Source of the DNA: Neodothiora populina
Taxonomy: Eukaryota
Direction of reading: 5' to 3'
Assembly: GCF_041146345.1 (NCBI RefSeq)
Contig: NW_027191411.1
Location: 744,001-808,000, forward strand
Length of the DNA stretch: 64,000 nt
The notes under the pieces are model-generated. The model did not search any database. It was not told the origin of the DNA and saw only the letters and a list, made by a program, of their open reading frames with translations. The first letter of the stretch is position 1. Each line of letters starts with the position of its first letter. Position numbers and translations under genes: made by a program. Shown here in pieces: positions 49,382 through 62,541 of this stretch.

Positions 49382-50085
49382 ATGCTGCTCCTTTTGCGCT
49401 CGGCATTATGCGAACACATCGAGAAGGGCAGATAAAAAAAAATTGGGGTGGGGTTTGAGTAGATATGCAAGGATATTCTCATTGTCTTGATGGCTGTATG
49501 TAGATGAATGTACAAATGGAATGAACGGCCCTATCGAAGAGTACTTGTGACTTTTCTCACATCGTTCCAGGAAGAAGTCGTGATTATACATCGATCAAAG
49601 TTCCAGTGAAACAGAAGATGTATGGATCAACAATGTCTCAAGTGTAACTGTAGCGAGTAAAACAAAGATCAACAGTCACCGTTCATCTTCACAACTTCCT
49701 CGTCACCTTTTCTTCTTCTAATTACTTCCACCAAATCAAAAGGCAGGTAGATAGGCGCGTAATATTACGTATTTTACCGTATTATCGTTTCTCACATTCG
49801 CTGTTTCTCGTTGACAGCTCCTCGTCTTTTCCACTACCTACAATCGCAGCTGCCTACCTTTTCCTCGGCCTACTCTTGCTGAATAAACCTTTCTCGATCT
49901 CGTTAAGAGTTCGCTTGCTTGTTGATTCCACGAGTCGCTGCTGCTGCATTTCCTTTACTTGCTGCTCGTCGATTTTTGTAAATCTTGTCTCCCCTTTCCA
50001 TTTTCTCTTCTCTTCCCTAGCCGTATGTAAAAGTGGAGAGCAAAGGAAGAGAAAGAAAGTGATTTCATTAATATCGCCCTCATCC

Positions 50086-53000
50086 TCAATCCAGAACCAC
50101 TATCTCCGCGTTGGCATTATTTCCTGCTCCATCGCCGCCACTTTTGGTCTTTTGTGTCTGTTTCACAGCACTCTGTTGTAGCGCCGCTGACGAGGCTGAT
50201 GCATCCTCTGTGGCAGCAGGAGCAGAGGGAGGGCTAACACCGGTCACGGCGGAATGTAGCCTCGTCAACAGGTGTTCTATGCCGTCTTTTTCCGCAAACG
50301 CGCCCTTCATGAGCCCTGCCCAGCCTTCGCCTGATGATGTCCATACGCTTTGTAGCGCTTTGCTCAGCTCGGACGCTTGCTGTGCGTCACTGCCACTGGT
50401 GCCGTTAGATCCGGTATCGTTATGGTCACTGCTGCCCTGCAGGTCTTGTTGTTTTTCAGCAGAAGAGGACAACGTGACTAGCCAAACGTATCGTCCGTCC
50501 TTGGGATGCATCTTGATGTCGAAACTTGCATCGGAATACTTCGGCGCCGAGTAATGTAGTCTGTGGTGCTTGAATGAGTATGCCGAGTATCGTATGCCTG
50601 TTGTGGAAGCGTCCGCCTTTTCTAGGGCTGTTAGACTGAGTGATGCGGGCAGCGTGAATTGGAGCACTTGTAGGAATAGTCTGAATCGCGCGTATTCATG
50701 CGTGTCGCCGGTCCCTAATGATGTACCATCTGCCGGCTCGAGTAATTTCTGGAGAAGAGGTTGAATCTGGCGATGGGGGTTCGCGTCTGCAGAGAAAGGT
50801 GTGTCGTTGCCCACTGTCTTGAGTCTGAGTCTGATCGACCGCTTTTCTGAATCGGCTTCCTCGGGAAACAGCAATTCGGCAGACAGTGCGGGCTCAGAGC
50901 TGTATTGCAACTCAAGTCGTGAGACACTCGTGTGCGTCAATTGCAGTTTGGCCTGCTGGGCGACATAGATGTAGTTCTTAGTCCGCTCTATGCGTTTCAG
51001 GCGAGCTTCAATCAACGCAACCAAACCCTCTCCGAACTTCGTGTTCAGCTTCAAGGCGCAGGATCCGCTTTCTAAGAATGTCATGCCCAAGTCTTCGGCC
51101 GCCCCGTTGACATTAATGATCTTGGAGAGGCAAGAAGCTGATTGTGGTTTCACCGACGCCTTAAGAACATGTGTCACCTTCGACTCACCCTCAGTCGAGG
51201 TTTCGCGCATCCCGTGGTGTGTGAGTATCATGACCTCATGGCACCACGCTTTCCAAGTCTTTGCGAGGGAATCGCTCATCGGCCGCATAAGATCGCTGAA
51301 ATTGAGGTAAAGCACTGTCGTATTCTGGCTTGACTGTGTGCTACTGCTCGCGAACGTTGGTCGAGCCTGCTGCAGCTCGTATTGGACCCCTCGCTGTCGC
51401 AGCTGTCTTGTGATATTCGAGAAAGATATCTGAGCGACAGATCTGGACTCTATCTCCATAAGAACGCCCCTGTGAAGTGGCGTTGTCTTATTGGTGACAG
51501 GTAGTCGTTCGGCACTCTTTATCGTGCGGCTCTGGGAGACATCACTTTGTTCGAGTCGAATTGCCCACCACTTTTCCCCGCGAAGAGAACAAGTCATGGC
51601 AATGGCATATTCATCGCCCCAGCTTCGTGGGCTGAAGATGCTCCATCGCATAACATCGTTTCCGAATAGTCGTGTGAAATCATCCTGCTTGCCGATTGTT
51701 ACAGGAAGCCAACCAAGCCGATGGGCCTGGGTGCGGATCTGGTCTTGCAAGAGTCTGCAGTGCAGCATTGAGAGTATTTGCGCTGCGTCCATAGATCGAT
51801 CTGCATTGATCCTGTTTTCGGCGTCGAGCGTTATACGGCTAGCTGGAGAAAGAACAAAGTTGCCCGTGACTGGAGACATGCGCAATTTTAGTGGTGTTCG
51901 TAATCGCTTGAAGCGCATTTCCATGGAGCACTCGTGGGAGTCTTCTGGCTCATACTCCATTTCCACATCTAAGGCAGATTCATTTCCGGAGAGAGCGTGC
52001 ATCCGATTCGCGACCAACTCCAATCTCCAACGTATGTGTCGTGCGATGATTTGTTCTAGTATCTGCTCCATAGACTGGTGCGTGTTGGTAACGTCAACAT
52101 CATCCGCCGGACTGTCTTGACCTTCTCTGATCCATCTGATGCCTAGATGGGGTTTTCGGGACGCTGATGCTTCGCTGGCTGCCGCATTACTTTTAGTACC
52201 AATTTGTATCCAACTTTTCGGTCCGGATTGGCCAGTCCAGTAATGAACCACGAAATCGCGATGAATCGTCTCGACACGAATGCATTCGTTCCACTTGCCA
52301 CGCATCATTTCCAAGGCTTGCCATCGAAGAAGGTTCGTTCTGTGTGTCATGACAAAGTCGTGCAGATAGCGATAACATCCGGTCAATCCGTCGGTTTCCA
52401 GAACCTCGTTGACTTTGATTTCGAGACTCGTCCGCACTGCTCCGTCGGATATAGATGGCGAGTTCGCGAACAGTAGCCTGAGGTCAATAAAGTAAAATGG
52501 TGATTCGGGATCTTCATCGGCAACTGCAAGGTCCACTTCGAATTCATCAGCAACAACAAATGTAGCCCGTCCATTTGCTATTGAATAAGTCCGGAAGCGT
52601 GGCGGGAGCTCTTCGTGTAAATTCAGACGGACCGACAGAGCGAAATTCATGTCTTTGAGTGTTTTCAAAAGCTGTTTGGCATTTAATGGTTTTGGTGGAA
52701 TATAGCCCATATCTGGCATCCATGGCGCCTTTCCTGTAGACAGCAATTCTAGAGCTCCTTGAATGTTTGGATTCGGCATCTTGGCTGCGATCATGTTGTG
52801 CTTCATGCGCATGATAGCGTCAGCGACATCAGAAGAAGATCCATCCTGCTGTTGTAGCCACATGCGTAGCTCGATTAAACTATTCATGGCATCCATATTT
52901 CGGGCCCAGTTGGAGAGAACCAATGTCTTGAGAAACCTATCCTTTTGGTCTTGAGCGAAATTCATGAGGCGTACTTTCTTCTCTATACTCGCCGCCGACT

Positions 53001-53460
53001 GATCCGGCGCAATGCTGGAGGAGGCATGATTTGAAGCCCCGTTGATCGCAGGCGGACCAGGTTGTACTGGCATGTCAGAAAGGCCGTCCACTAGCTCGGT
53101 GAGGTCGCTGAAGCACTGCTGAGCAACACGTTCCAGCAATTTCCCCATAGGCACAAATGTATGCTCCCAGTGTTCCAATCCAGGAGGCCCTTGGTCGTCC
53201 TCAGGATTGACAGGGTGTTCGTCCTTGCCATCCCCGGCTCCTGACTGCGGTGAAGCGTTCATCGGGAACGCGGCAGATTTTGTGCCATTCTCGTTCCCGA
53301 CCATAGCGCCTGACATTGCAAAGTCGGAATGGCCAATGCCGTTGGTCTGGGGAGGAGATTCGTATGATCCGTTGGTTTGATTAGCTGCATGGGTCTGATC
53401 TTTTTTGAGGCCGACAGGGCCCTGCACCGCATGTTGATCCATGACGAGCCGCCCCGGCAT
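50086..53460 (-). CDS. MED14: Mediator complex subunit Med14 (Rgr1)
   Basis: 1124 aa. KKVRLMNFAQ...FLKTLVLSNW, AKMPNPNIQGALELLSTG, IANGRATFVV..EFEVDL and FYFIDLRLLF. Confidence 0.93.
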   Translation of the reverse strand: MPGRLVMDQHAVQGPVGLKKDQTHAANQTNGSYESPPQTNGIGHSDFAMSGAMVGNENGTKSAAFPMNASPQSGAGDGKDEHPVNPEDDQGPPGLEHWEHTFVPMGKLLERVAQQCFSDLTELVDGLSDMPVQPGPPAINGASNHASSSIAPDQSAASIEKKVRLMNFAQDQKDRFLKTLVLSNWARNMDAMNSLIELRMWLQQQDGSSSDVADAIMRMKHNMIAAKMPNPNIQGALELLSTGKAPWMPDMGYIPPKPLNAKQLLKTLKDMNFALSVRLNLHEELPPRFRTYSIANGRATFVVADEFEVDLAVADEDPESPFYFIDLRLLFANSPSISDGAVRTSLEIKVNEVLETDGLTGCYRYLHDFVMTHRTNLLRWQALEMMRGKWNECIRVETIHRDFVVHYWTGQSGPKSWIQIGTKSNAAASEASASRKPHLGIRWIREGQDSPADDVDVTNTHQSMEQILEQIIARHIRWRLELVANRMHALSGNESALDVEMEYEPEDSHECSMEMRFKRLRTPLKLRMSPVTGNFVLSPASRITLDAENRINADRSMDAAQILSMLHCRLLQDQIRTQAHRLGWLPVTIGKQDDFTRLFGNDVMRWSIFSPRSWGDEYAIAMTCSLRGEKWWAIRLEQSDVSQSRTIKSAERLPVTNKTTPLHRGVLMEIESRSVAQISFSNITRQLRQRGVQYELQQARPTFASSSTQSSQNTTVLYLNFSDLMRPMSDSLAKTWKAWCHEVMILTHHGMRETSTEGESKVTHVLKASVKPQSASCLSKIINVNGAAEDLGMTFLESGSCALKLNTKFGEGLVALIEARLKRIERTKNYIYVAQQAKLQLTHTSVSRLELQYSSEPALSAELLFPEEADSEKRSIRLRLKTVGNDTPFSADANPHRQIQPLLQKLLEPADGTSLGTGDTHEYARFRLFLQVLQFTLPASLSLTALEKADASTTGIRYSAYSFKHHRLHYSAPKYSDASFDIKMHPKDGRYVWLVTLSSSAEKQQDLQGSSDHNDTGSNGTSGSDAQQASELSKALQSVWTSSGEGWAGLMKGAFAEKDGIEHLLTRLHSAVTGVSPPSAPAATEDASASSAALQQSAVKQTQKTKSGGDGAGNNANAEIVVLD

Positions 53461-54949
53461 ACTCCCTCAACCGCACGCAAACAGCATGTGACCCTTGCCT
53501 ATAACCAACGTGTCTTTGGACTTGTTTTCCTTTTCTGATCGCAGCGAATTCGAGAGAAGTATCTGGGGGAAGGGGGGCTGGGGTGGGTCGGTGGCCAAAC
53601 GCGCAAGATGAGAAGATGGCAATATGTCGTCAGGTGGCGCTACTGGGCTATATAGCAATAGAGGCGTTGTAATTCAATGCGAATAGCTGTGTTGGCGATG
53701 CGCGCCAGTAAATATGGTGACAGTGTGTGTGGTGTAATAGTATTTGACAACCGGGCGCATGTGGTTTCTTGACTTGACAGAAGGTGCAGGCGAAGTTTGT
53801 ACTTTTGGCGATCCTGGTATCACAAAATGCTATATGCGAAAGGTGGTTATGGACAATGCGTATGTGATGCCAGAGAGGAGAGTTGGGTTGATGGTGGGAT
53901 GTAATGGTTGCGTTGTGCGGGTGTGGAGGACGGACTTGTCTTCACGTTCCTTCCTCACTTTCAGGTTCCTTCCTTCCTTACCTGAGGCTGGTCGAGAACG
54001 CTTGCGCCAATCAGGATGTGCGGTCGGCGTTTCTACCAAAGGGACCCAGAAGAATTGCCGCTTTTTGCATAATGTCACAAAGAACAATTAATATAATCCA
54101 ATCCGCGTCTTGTTTTGTGGTAGGTATGGTCTAGAGCTTGTGCTACTTATATTCTCTCCACTCATAATACTATATGGGAATTCAGACAATTCAAGAAGCG
54201 CAATGTGGTGATCCGATAGGATGGTAACTCTTGCTTTCACAAGCAGGTACGCTTGCTTCGCTTGGCGTTGACAGCCGATGGTCAAGACCTTCAGATGATG
54301 CTCACCGCCTCGACATCGGCACCAAGATATAACCACTCCTCCTTGTTGTAAATTGCCAAAAGAAAAAGGAGTGGCAATGGCTTTCATCGATCCAGATCGA
54401 GTATCTGCTTCAATCCACATTATTTGTAATATCAAGACCCGAGTTAACCATCCGGATCTCTGCGATCCTTTAGATAAGATCAGATAGGTGGCACGTGTGC
54501 TGTACACGACGACCATGGGATCGGACCGGACCGTCACTATTGACGGTTCGCAGTTTGCTGGAACTCATCACCTGTATACTGCTATACAAGTAAGGTATTG
54601 TGATTCTCGGTAAGGTATACTCTGCACGAGGCATCGGTACAGAGTACTGTCCATTATAGCCATGCGTGCAACACTATCAAGAGGCTAGCGTCACGCGCGC
54701 CTGTCGCCGCACATGTAACTATGGCCCCAGCTTATCACCTTAGATTTGACAGGCAGGTCAGAGATGCCACGCCCGCCCCTACCTGTAGGTCGCAGATAAG
54801 GTGATTGTTCTATCTTCGACTTCATTCATGTAAAGGCAGCTTCCCGCTCGACGCATCTCTCGTCGATCGACACAGCTCGTTCCTGGTGGAGAAGGCCAAG
54901 ATCTTCGTAGGTACACCTTGCCCGCAGAGCTGATTGGCTGTTTCTCCAC

Positions 54950-57247
54950 ATGTTTGGGGATGGCATGAACGCCGGACCCCAGAAAGTCGTCGGCCGCGTG
55001 CATCAACCGCAACCTTCTCCTTCTCCTTCAACATCACCTCCTGTCTCGGCAACGACCGAGGACTTTGCAGATGACGAAAGATCCTCGTCTGGATCTACCA
55101 TTATGGGGCCGACTTGTGGGCAAGATGCATCGGACGATGATGAATATCAAAGAGTTCTAAGTTATCCTGGTGAAGATGATCGGCCAACCAGTAGGAAGGA
55201 GCTATTCGGATTTTATGCCTACTCTTTTGCCGCCGAAGTATTTATCATATGTGGTGTGGGAAGGTAAGCTTTTGAAGACGACTTCACGGTCATAGGGGCA
55301 ATGTGGAAACTAATCATATGACAGTTTCATTCCTATCACACTGGAGCAATTAGCTCGTGAACGAGGCTTCCTTCAAGCTGACAGATCAATCCCTTGCACG
55401 AGTGCATTGCACGGAGCTCCCGATCTCGACAGTGCGAACAAAAACAATGGGCAATGCATCGTCTCAATCTTAGGCGTTGAGGTCAACACAGCTTCTTTTG
55501 CCATGTACACATTCAGCATCTCTGTATTTCTCCAATCGATCATTGTCATCACGTTCTCCGGAGCAGCAGATCATGGTAGATTTCGAAAAGCTCTACTATT
55601 GGCCTTTGCCATCGTGGGCGCGATTTCCACAATGTTATTCCTTCTGATCACGAGCAAAGTGTACCTCTTGGCCGCCATATTCGCCATAATTAGTAACGTC
55701 TGTTGTGCATCATCCTTTGTGCTGTTGAATTCTTTTCTCCCAGTGCTCGTCAGATGGCATCCCTACGTCCGGAGGGGCGAACGACAGATTCGGGATCAAA
55801 GCAGCTTCACCGAGGTAAGAGTCAATACTTTACTGATATTTTTTCTCATGTAACAGACTGTATGTGAGAGCATTCATGTTTTTATTTTTGTGGCAAGACA
55901 AGATGCGTCGATTTTGTGGCAGCTTTCCACTTTTGTTTGCATCCTTGCTTTGAGGACACAGACCATTGGTAGAGCAGCCCAGTAGAGATTAGGAGATATA
56001 CTGACTTCTTGCAAAAAGCAAAATGAACGAAGCGGGTCTCGCTTGAGCGGAAGTGATGGACTAAACGAGTCGACACGTCTGCTTTCATCAGCGTCAACAG
56101 AGCCAGTTTGTGCATTACAACCCAAATACTCGAGAGAAATGCGAATATCGACAGAAATATCATCATATGCGATGGGAATAGGCTATATCGGTGCCGTCAC
56201 ACTTCAGACGCTATCCATGTTTATCGTCGTTAGCACTGGATCGACTACCTTCTCCCTTCGGCTAGTGCTTTTCACGGTTGGACTATGGTGGTTGGTCTTC
56301 ACCATTCCCGCTGCTTGGGGCCTCAGGCCTCGACCGGGGCCGCCACTGTCTGCCATGAACGACTCGGGTAACAGCAGACGGACATGGTCTGGATATCTTG
56401 CGTACTCGTGGATCAACCTTGGACACACAGTCGTCCGCGCCAGAAAACTCAAGGATGTTCTCCTCTTCCTTGCAGCGTGGTTCATGATTTCAGATGCCAT
56501 CGCCACGGTCAGCGGCACAGCTGTGTTATTTGCCAAAACAAGTCTAGGGATGCGTCCTGCTGCGCTAGCTGCAATCAACGTGATCACGACACTATCGGGA
56601 GTGATTGGTGCATTCTCGTGGTCCAAAGTCAGTGGAATGATGGGGTTGACACCAATTCAAACAATCCTTGCGTGTATCTGTATCTTCGAGTTGATTCCTA
56701 TCTATGGACTGATAGGGTATATCCCAGCTGTCCAGCGTGCTGGTGTGGGTGGCTTACAGCAGCCATGGGAGATGTATCCTCTTGGTGCAGTCTATGGTCT
56801 TGTGCTAGGTGGATTGGGGAGTTATTGCAGAAGGTGAGACTGATCCGCTGTGGGATCTTTATGTCTGGCGCTGACACCTCGTAGTCTCTTCGGCGAACTG
56901 ATACCCGAAGGAAGCGAAGCAGCTTTCTATGCATTGTATGCAGTCACAGACAAAGGAAGCAGCATCTTTGGGCCAGTGATAGTAGGCGCCATCACTGACA
57001 TGACAGGGGAAATCCGGCCGGTAAGTGACGTGGGACGTGGAATCAAAGACAATCCACCTGCTGACTATGATTGTAGGCCTTTTGGTCTCTTGCCGCTCTG
57101 ATTGCTTTGCCGCTACCGATCCTCTGCCTCGTAGACGTGGAGAGAGGAAAGAGAGAAGGCGCAGCCCTAGCAAGAGAACACCTGACGGTCATGGCTGTGG
57201 AGCCAGAAATAAATGCGAGGACAGTGCGGGGAACAGAAGACGATTAG
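54950..57247 (+). CDS. ATG22: Vacuolar amino-acid efflux transporter Atg22 (MFS-like)
   Basis: [42 protein letters not shown] and [15 protein letters not shown]. Introns 55264-55324, 55815-56018 (possibly split), 56834-56884 and 57021-57076. Start is ATG 54950 or 54965. Confidence 0.92.
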
Positions 57248-57860
57248 CACAATAACGCGAGCGGAAGGTCTGCTATAATAATATAATGCGTTCGCAAAAG
57301 GACAGGCTGCCAGACGCTTTTAATGAAGATTACAGGTCTTGGATTCTAGGGCCTACATTTTGTGGTGCAGGATACTTGCAGTTGTGACCTGGGACAATCG
57401 ATAACACTGAAGCGGACTTAAGATGTAGTTAGTAGCAGAGCTTGTTCGAGATGGACCGTCAGGAAGCTCTAGAATCACTTGAGGCGAACAAGCAAATGTC
57501 CCGGCCAGAAAGTGATGATGTGTAATGATTGAACACCAACATGTGAGACTGGTTCAGAGGTACTGTACCATACTGTAACAACCTTCGGCGACCGTTCCAG
57601 AAATAGTGAAGCGAGCTGCCAGTTGGTCTCAAGGAGATTTCCAAGCAGCCACAGCTCGCGGAACGTATCGCCGCCGAGACCGATGGGGGTTTCACAGGGT
57701 CCTGGTCTTGATTAACACATCTCCTTAGCTGGAGCTGGCTACGTTGCACTTTCTATCACTACTATTTCCTCTACTCCTTTATTCCATCTTCTCTTCGATC
57801 TCTGTCCATCCCCTGTTCAATCATCCTGGAAATTCTGTATTGAATAGAGAAACAGTAAAC

Positions 57861-59553
57861 ATGCGCAACTTCGCCACCCTTGGATTACTGGGTGCTGCCG
57901 CCCTGGCTGCTGCATCTGATGTGCATGATCTCAAAACAGACACCTTCAAGGGATTCGTCGAGGAGAACGACCTCGTTCTCGCAGAGTGTGAGTGTTTCAT
58001 CACCAAGTCCTTCTTTGCCCGTACTGACAACATAAACCATCAGTCTTCGCCCCATGGTGTGGTCACTGCAAGGCGCTCGCTCCCGAGTACGAGGAGGCCG
58101 CCACCACCCTCAAGGAGAAGAAGATTGCATTGGCAAAGATTGACTGCACCGAGGAGGTAGATCTCTGCAAGCAGTACGGTGTCGAGGGTTACCCCACCCT
58201 CAAGGTCTTCCGTGGCGCCGACAGCATCACCCCATACAGCGGACAGAGGAAGGCTCAGGCCATCGTCTCCTACATGACAAAGCAGTCTATGCCTGCTGTT
58301 TCCACCGTTGACAAGTCTACCCTCGAGGAGTTCAAGATCGCCGACAAGGTTGTCCTTGTTGCATACTTCGCCGCCGATGACAAGGCCTCCAACGAGACCT
58401 TCACCAGCGTCGCCTCTTCCCTCAGGGACAACTACCTGTTCGGTGCCACCAACGACGCCGCTCTCGCCAAGGCTGAGGGTGTCAAGCAACCCGCCATCGT
58501 CCTCTACAAGAGCTTCGACGAGGGCAAGAGCGTCTTCCAGGAGAAGTTTGACGAGACCACAGTCACGGATTTCGCGAAGACTGCATCCACCCCTCTGATT
58601 GGAGAGGTTGGCCCCGAGACTTACGCTGGCTACATGGCCGTAAGTCTTATTTGGTACTGATTACTTGTGCATTCGGCTGACTTGTGATGTTTCAGGCTGG
58701 TATCCCTCTCGCCTACATTTTCGCCGAGACTCCCGAGGAGCGCGAGTCTCTTTCCGAGACCCTCAAGCCCATTGCACAGAAGCAAAAGGGCAAGGTCAAC
58801 TTCGCCACCATTGACGCAAAGGCTTTCGGTCAGCACGCTGCCAACTTGAATCTCGAGGTCGGCAAGTGGCCCGCATTCGCGATCCAGGACACCCAGAAGA
58901 ACCAGAAGTTCCCCTTCGCCGGCAAGCTTACTGAGAAGGAGGTTGGCAAGTTCCTTGACGACTTTGTCGGTGGCAAGGTCGAGCCAAGCATCAAGAGTGA
59001 GCCCATCCCCAAGCAGGATGGACCTGTCACCATTGTTGTCGCCAAGAACTACGACGACATTGTTCTTGACGAGACCAAGGATGTCCTTGTCGAGTTCTAC
59101 GCCCCTTGGTGCGGTCACTGCAAGGCTCTCGCTCCCAAGTACGATGACCTCGGTACCATGTTCAAGGGCTTCTCCGACAAGGTCACCGTCGCCAAGGTCG
59201 ATGCTACCCTCAACGATGTCCCCGATGAGATCCAGGGCTTCCCTACCATCAAGCTCTTCACCGCCAAGGACAAGAAGAACCCCATCGAGTACAGTGGCTC
59301 AAGGACCGCTGAGGACCTTGCCAACTTCATCACTGAGAACGGTAGCAACAAGGTCGACCCTCACAGCAAGAAGGATGATGCCGAGGCCGTCGAGACCGAG
59401 GGCATGCCCGAGCAAGCCGCAGCTGCCACCGAGAAGGCCGCATCTGGTATCAAGGAGAAGATCGCATCGAAGGCTTCGGGAGCTGCCGAGGCTGTTGCCT
59501 CTGCTGTCATGGACGACTCTGACGACCAGATGGATGACCACGATGAGTTGTAG
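57861..59553 (+). CDS. PDI1: Protein disulfide-isomerase
   Basis: Signal peptide MRNFATLGLLGAAALAAA, two APWCGHCK sites and C-terminal HDEL. Introns 57988-58043 and 58640-58695. Confidence 0.97.
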
Positions 59554-60431
59554 ATTATGAGATGCTACAATCTCTTTTGCTTTTTCTTGTTGTATTCGTG
59601 TCCTGATGGCTGTTCGAACATGTTTGACAGACGGGCGCGAAGGGAATATATCGGAACTTGGTATCTGCAAATGATGACCCAGAGTCATCTGTAGCTGGCT
59701 CTTTTTTGTACTGTATCTTGTAGTCCGCAAAATTTGGAACGGTTTTATGCTCATGTCATTCTATGAAGTGATGTGATTCACGAACAAGGTGACGAGAGAA
59801 GTAGTTGACTCCATACGTAGTTGTCAGCTCATGCAGGTTAAAGTATCATCTGGACAAGCAGTGTCGATTAAGACCATTTCCGACGCCCGCCTGCTGTGAG
59901 AAGCTACTCGTAAATATTGTTACAACATAGATACTGGCGCGCTATGTAGTGTAACATGACGTTGACTCGGCATCTCTTTTGACACTATGAGAGTTGTTCG
60001 GTCTTCCATTTTCGTTCCTGAAGCAGCACGACGAACAGCATACACAAACGCACGATAGCATTACAAGCACTGTCTGACCCTTCTGTGTCTTTGCCACTTC
60101 TTACGTATCTTATCACTCCTCGGTACTCTTGGATAACAATTGAAGGACCACCCTCTCCGTGTTCTTGGCTCATGTCGTTCACACATTGATTTCTGGAGCG
60201 TTTGTCCTTCATTACCCACGATTGCATGATGGAGCCGGGTGCATGTATCTGTACATACTATCACCGAAGCACGGCAAGATACATGCACATCAACCTTTCC
60301 AGCCATTAATTTCTGACATTTTCACTTGTCTGCTTCTGCAATTTACCAAAGGTCTTCTCTTCGGGGCAGTCAACAAGACGCAGCCCCTCCAAAAACAAGA
60401 AAAAGGTGCAAAGCACCAGCTATCAGCAATA

Positions 60432-60818
60432 ATGCCCCTCACCAAAAAGACCCGCTACGACACGCACACAGGCGCAGTCTATACAGAGCAGATCATAAAA
60501 TCCCGTCCGTCCCACCCCTACCTCTGCTCAAAGAGAGACGTTAAAGACGTCAGAGGCGACTCCTCCTTTCTCTATCGCTGTATAGGCCAGAAGCCGGCTC
60601 GAAAGAGCCAAGGCTCTGAAGCGGATGATGTGCGAATGGGAAGGGTCGAGAAATTGCAGGATATGGCTATGAGAGCCGTCTTGTGGAATCTGGATCTTGT
60701 CGAGCCGGAGGTGCTGGTGGCGTGTTTGGATGGGTCGGAGGTTTTGTTAGAGAGGATTTGGGGGGAGGTGAAGAAGAAGTGAGTTTTCTTGTTGTTGGCT
60801 TTCTCTTTGGGGTGCATC

Positions 60819-60868
<50 letters not shown>

Positions 60869-62117
60869 TTCTGTCTCGTGGTCTCTTTCTCTGCTGTTTC
60901 TGTTACTGTCTCACTAGTTGATGATAAGAGTGGAGAGGGAATACTGCGCTCGTTCGACCTCACGAACCAACGTCACTTGTATATCTCGAAGCAATGAAAG
61001 CTGTGCATAGGGAACGAGGGCCTCATGTAGCAGTGATTCCGTTTGACTTCATCAGCATGGAATAAAGATTGAAAAGCTTCACGAAATGACAGCGCTGAAA
61101 GTGTATGACTACAATATAGTGCACTAGACAGCGTACGAAGCTGGCAGCTCTTCACTTTAGCCCGTCATCTCATCAATGCCGAGTCTCGAAGCCAAAGAGA
61201 CAGACAACAGGAGAAAGTCGAGCACTCGCCCCAATCACCACCTGCTCCTCTCTCCCCGCCCACCAGGAAAGTTTTTAGAACACCAGCAACGATACCACGC
61301 ACCCTCAACCGCCGAGTCCCAAGACCAGAAGCGAATCTCAACGTCTACTTATGCATCAACTCCCCTCTCATCCCTATCTCTACCTTGTCGACATCTCCAC
61401 CTCCGTCAAGTTTCAACAAGAACAACAACAACAGCAGCGTCTTCGCCTGGCTGACCACGCTGACACTAAAGAACCACACCCTCCCCTCGCGCGAACTCAT
61501 CAAGATCAGCGCCATGAAAAACCTCAAGTCTCTCCATATAGCCTGCACTTGGCCGCAGAAAAACAGCAAACGCGAAAGCAACCCACCAGGCGACTGCGTA
61601 ACCGACTCCACCATAGCCGGCTGGAGCAGACTCGTCTCGACCTCGCCTGGCAACGATACGTTCGGGCGTCTGGAGTATGTGGTCTTGAGAGGACAGAGTG
61701 GCGTCGGGAGGAAGTGTTTGGCGGAGTTTGCGCGGCTTTCTCAACTGAGATGTGTCGGGGTCGTTGGGTGCGAGAGGAAGCGGTGGGAAGCGGAACAGGA
61801 CGAGAGAGAAGGGGTAGTGGGGGTAGAGGGGGAGTGGGAGAGAGTCAGGTATGTTGTCGAGTCTTTACTTTTTTGTATCCGTCACTCTCTTCTTCTTGTT
61901 CTGAAAGTGAGAACGCGGAGACGATGACCCGGCTGATCCATCATTGCAGCCCTCCGTTTCCGAAAGGAAAGAACTCAAAGGCCTCGAACAGGGGTCGACT
62001 CGAGACAACAGAGACGAAAAGGGGAGAAGCAGCAAGAGAAGAAGAAGAAGAAGAAGAAGAAGAAGAAGAAGAAGAAGACTACTTCTCCGCCATCGACAGA
62101 TTAATCAATGGCAATTC

Positions 62118-62149
<32 letters not shown>

Positions 62150-62541
62150 TGTACAACAGCAGCGACAAAAACGCGCACATGAACGAAACAAGAGACGACA
62201 GACCTCAAAACAAAAACAATGCCGCCTCCTTGCCGATCCTCAGTCTGACACTAGGCTGCTCCTCTCCTTCTTCGACGACATCAGCGACGTTATCATGCCT
62301 GGCGGAATCCACGTTATGGTTCAAACGCCGCTTCCCATCTTCATGCATATCATCGACGGAGGAAACGAGAGGACAGCCGCAGGACCACGAGCAGCGCGAG
62401 TCAGCCAATGTAATAACGAGGATGGAAACAATGGCAGCGACGACGACGACGACGAGGAGACCGGGAAAACGTAAATTACGCCTCGCAGGCCAGAGAATCA
62501 AAGACTTGCAAGATTCAGGCAAGGGCTTTTTCGGGGTTTGA
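60432..62541 (+). CDS. Hypothetical protein (3 exons; possible LRR-like middle, acidic tracts)
   Basis: ATG 60432. Introns 60779-61119 and 61849-61949 link three reading frames in phase. LTTLTL, LKSLHI and LEYVVL segments. Confidence 0.65.
60821..60870. repeat. (CT)20 microsatellite followed by T10, intronic
   Basis: Direct reading of the sequence. Confidence 0.97.
62038..62076 (+). repeat. (GAA)13 coding microsatellite (poly-Glu)
   Basis: Direct reading of the sequence. Confidence 0.95.
62119..62148 (+). repeat. (GAC)10 coding microsatellite (poly-Asp)
   Basis: Direct reading of the sequence. Confidence 0.95.

Noticed and set aside
57600..57860. Unfolded-protein-response element upstream of PDI1
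   Set aside because: Only a weak partial match (GGCTACGT); not supportable.
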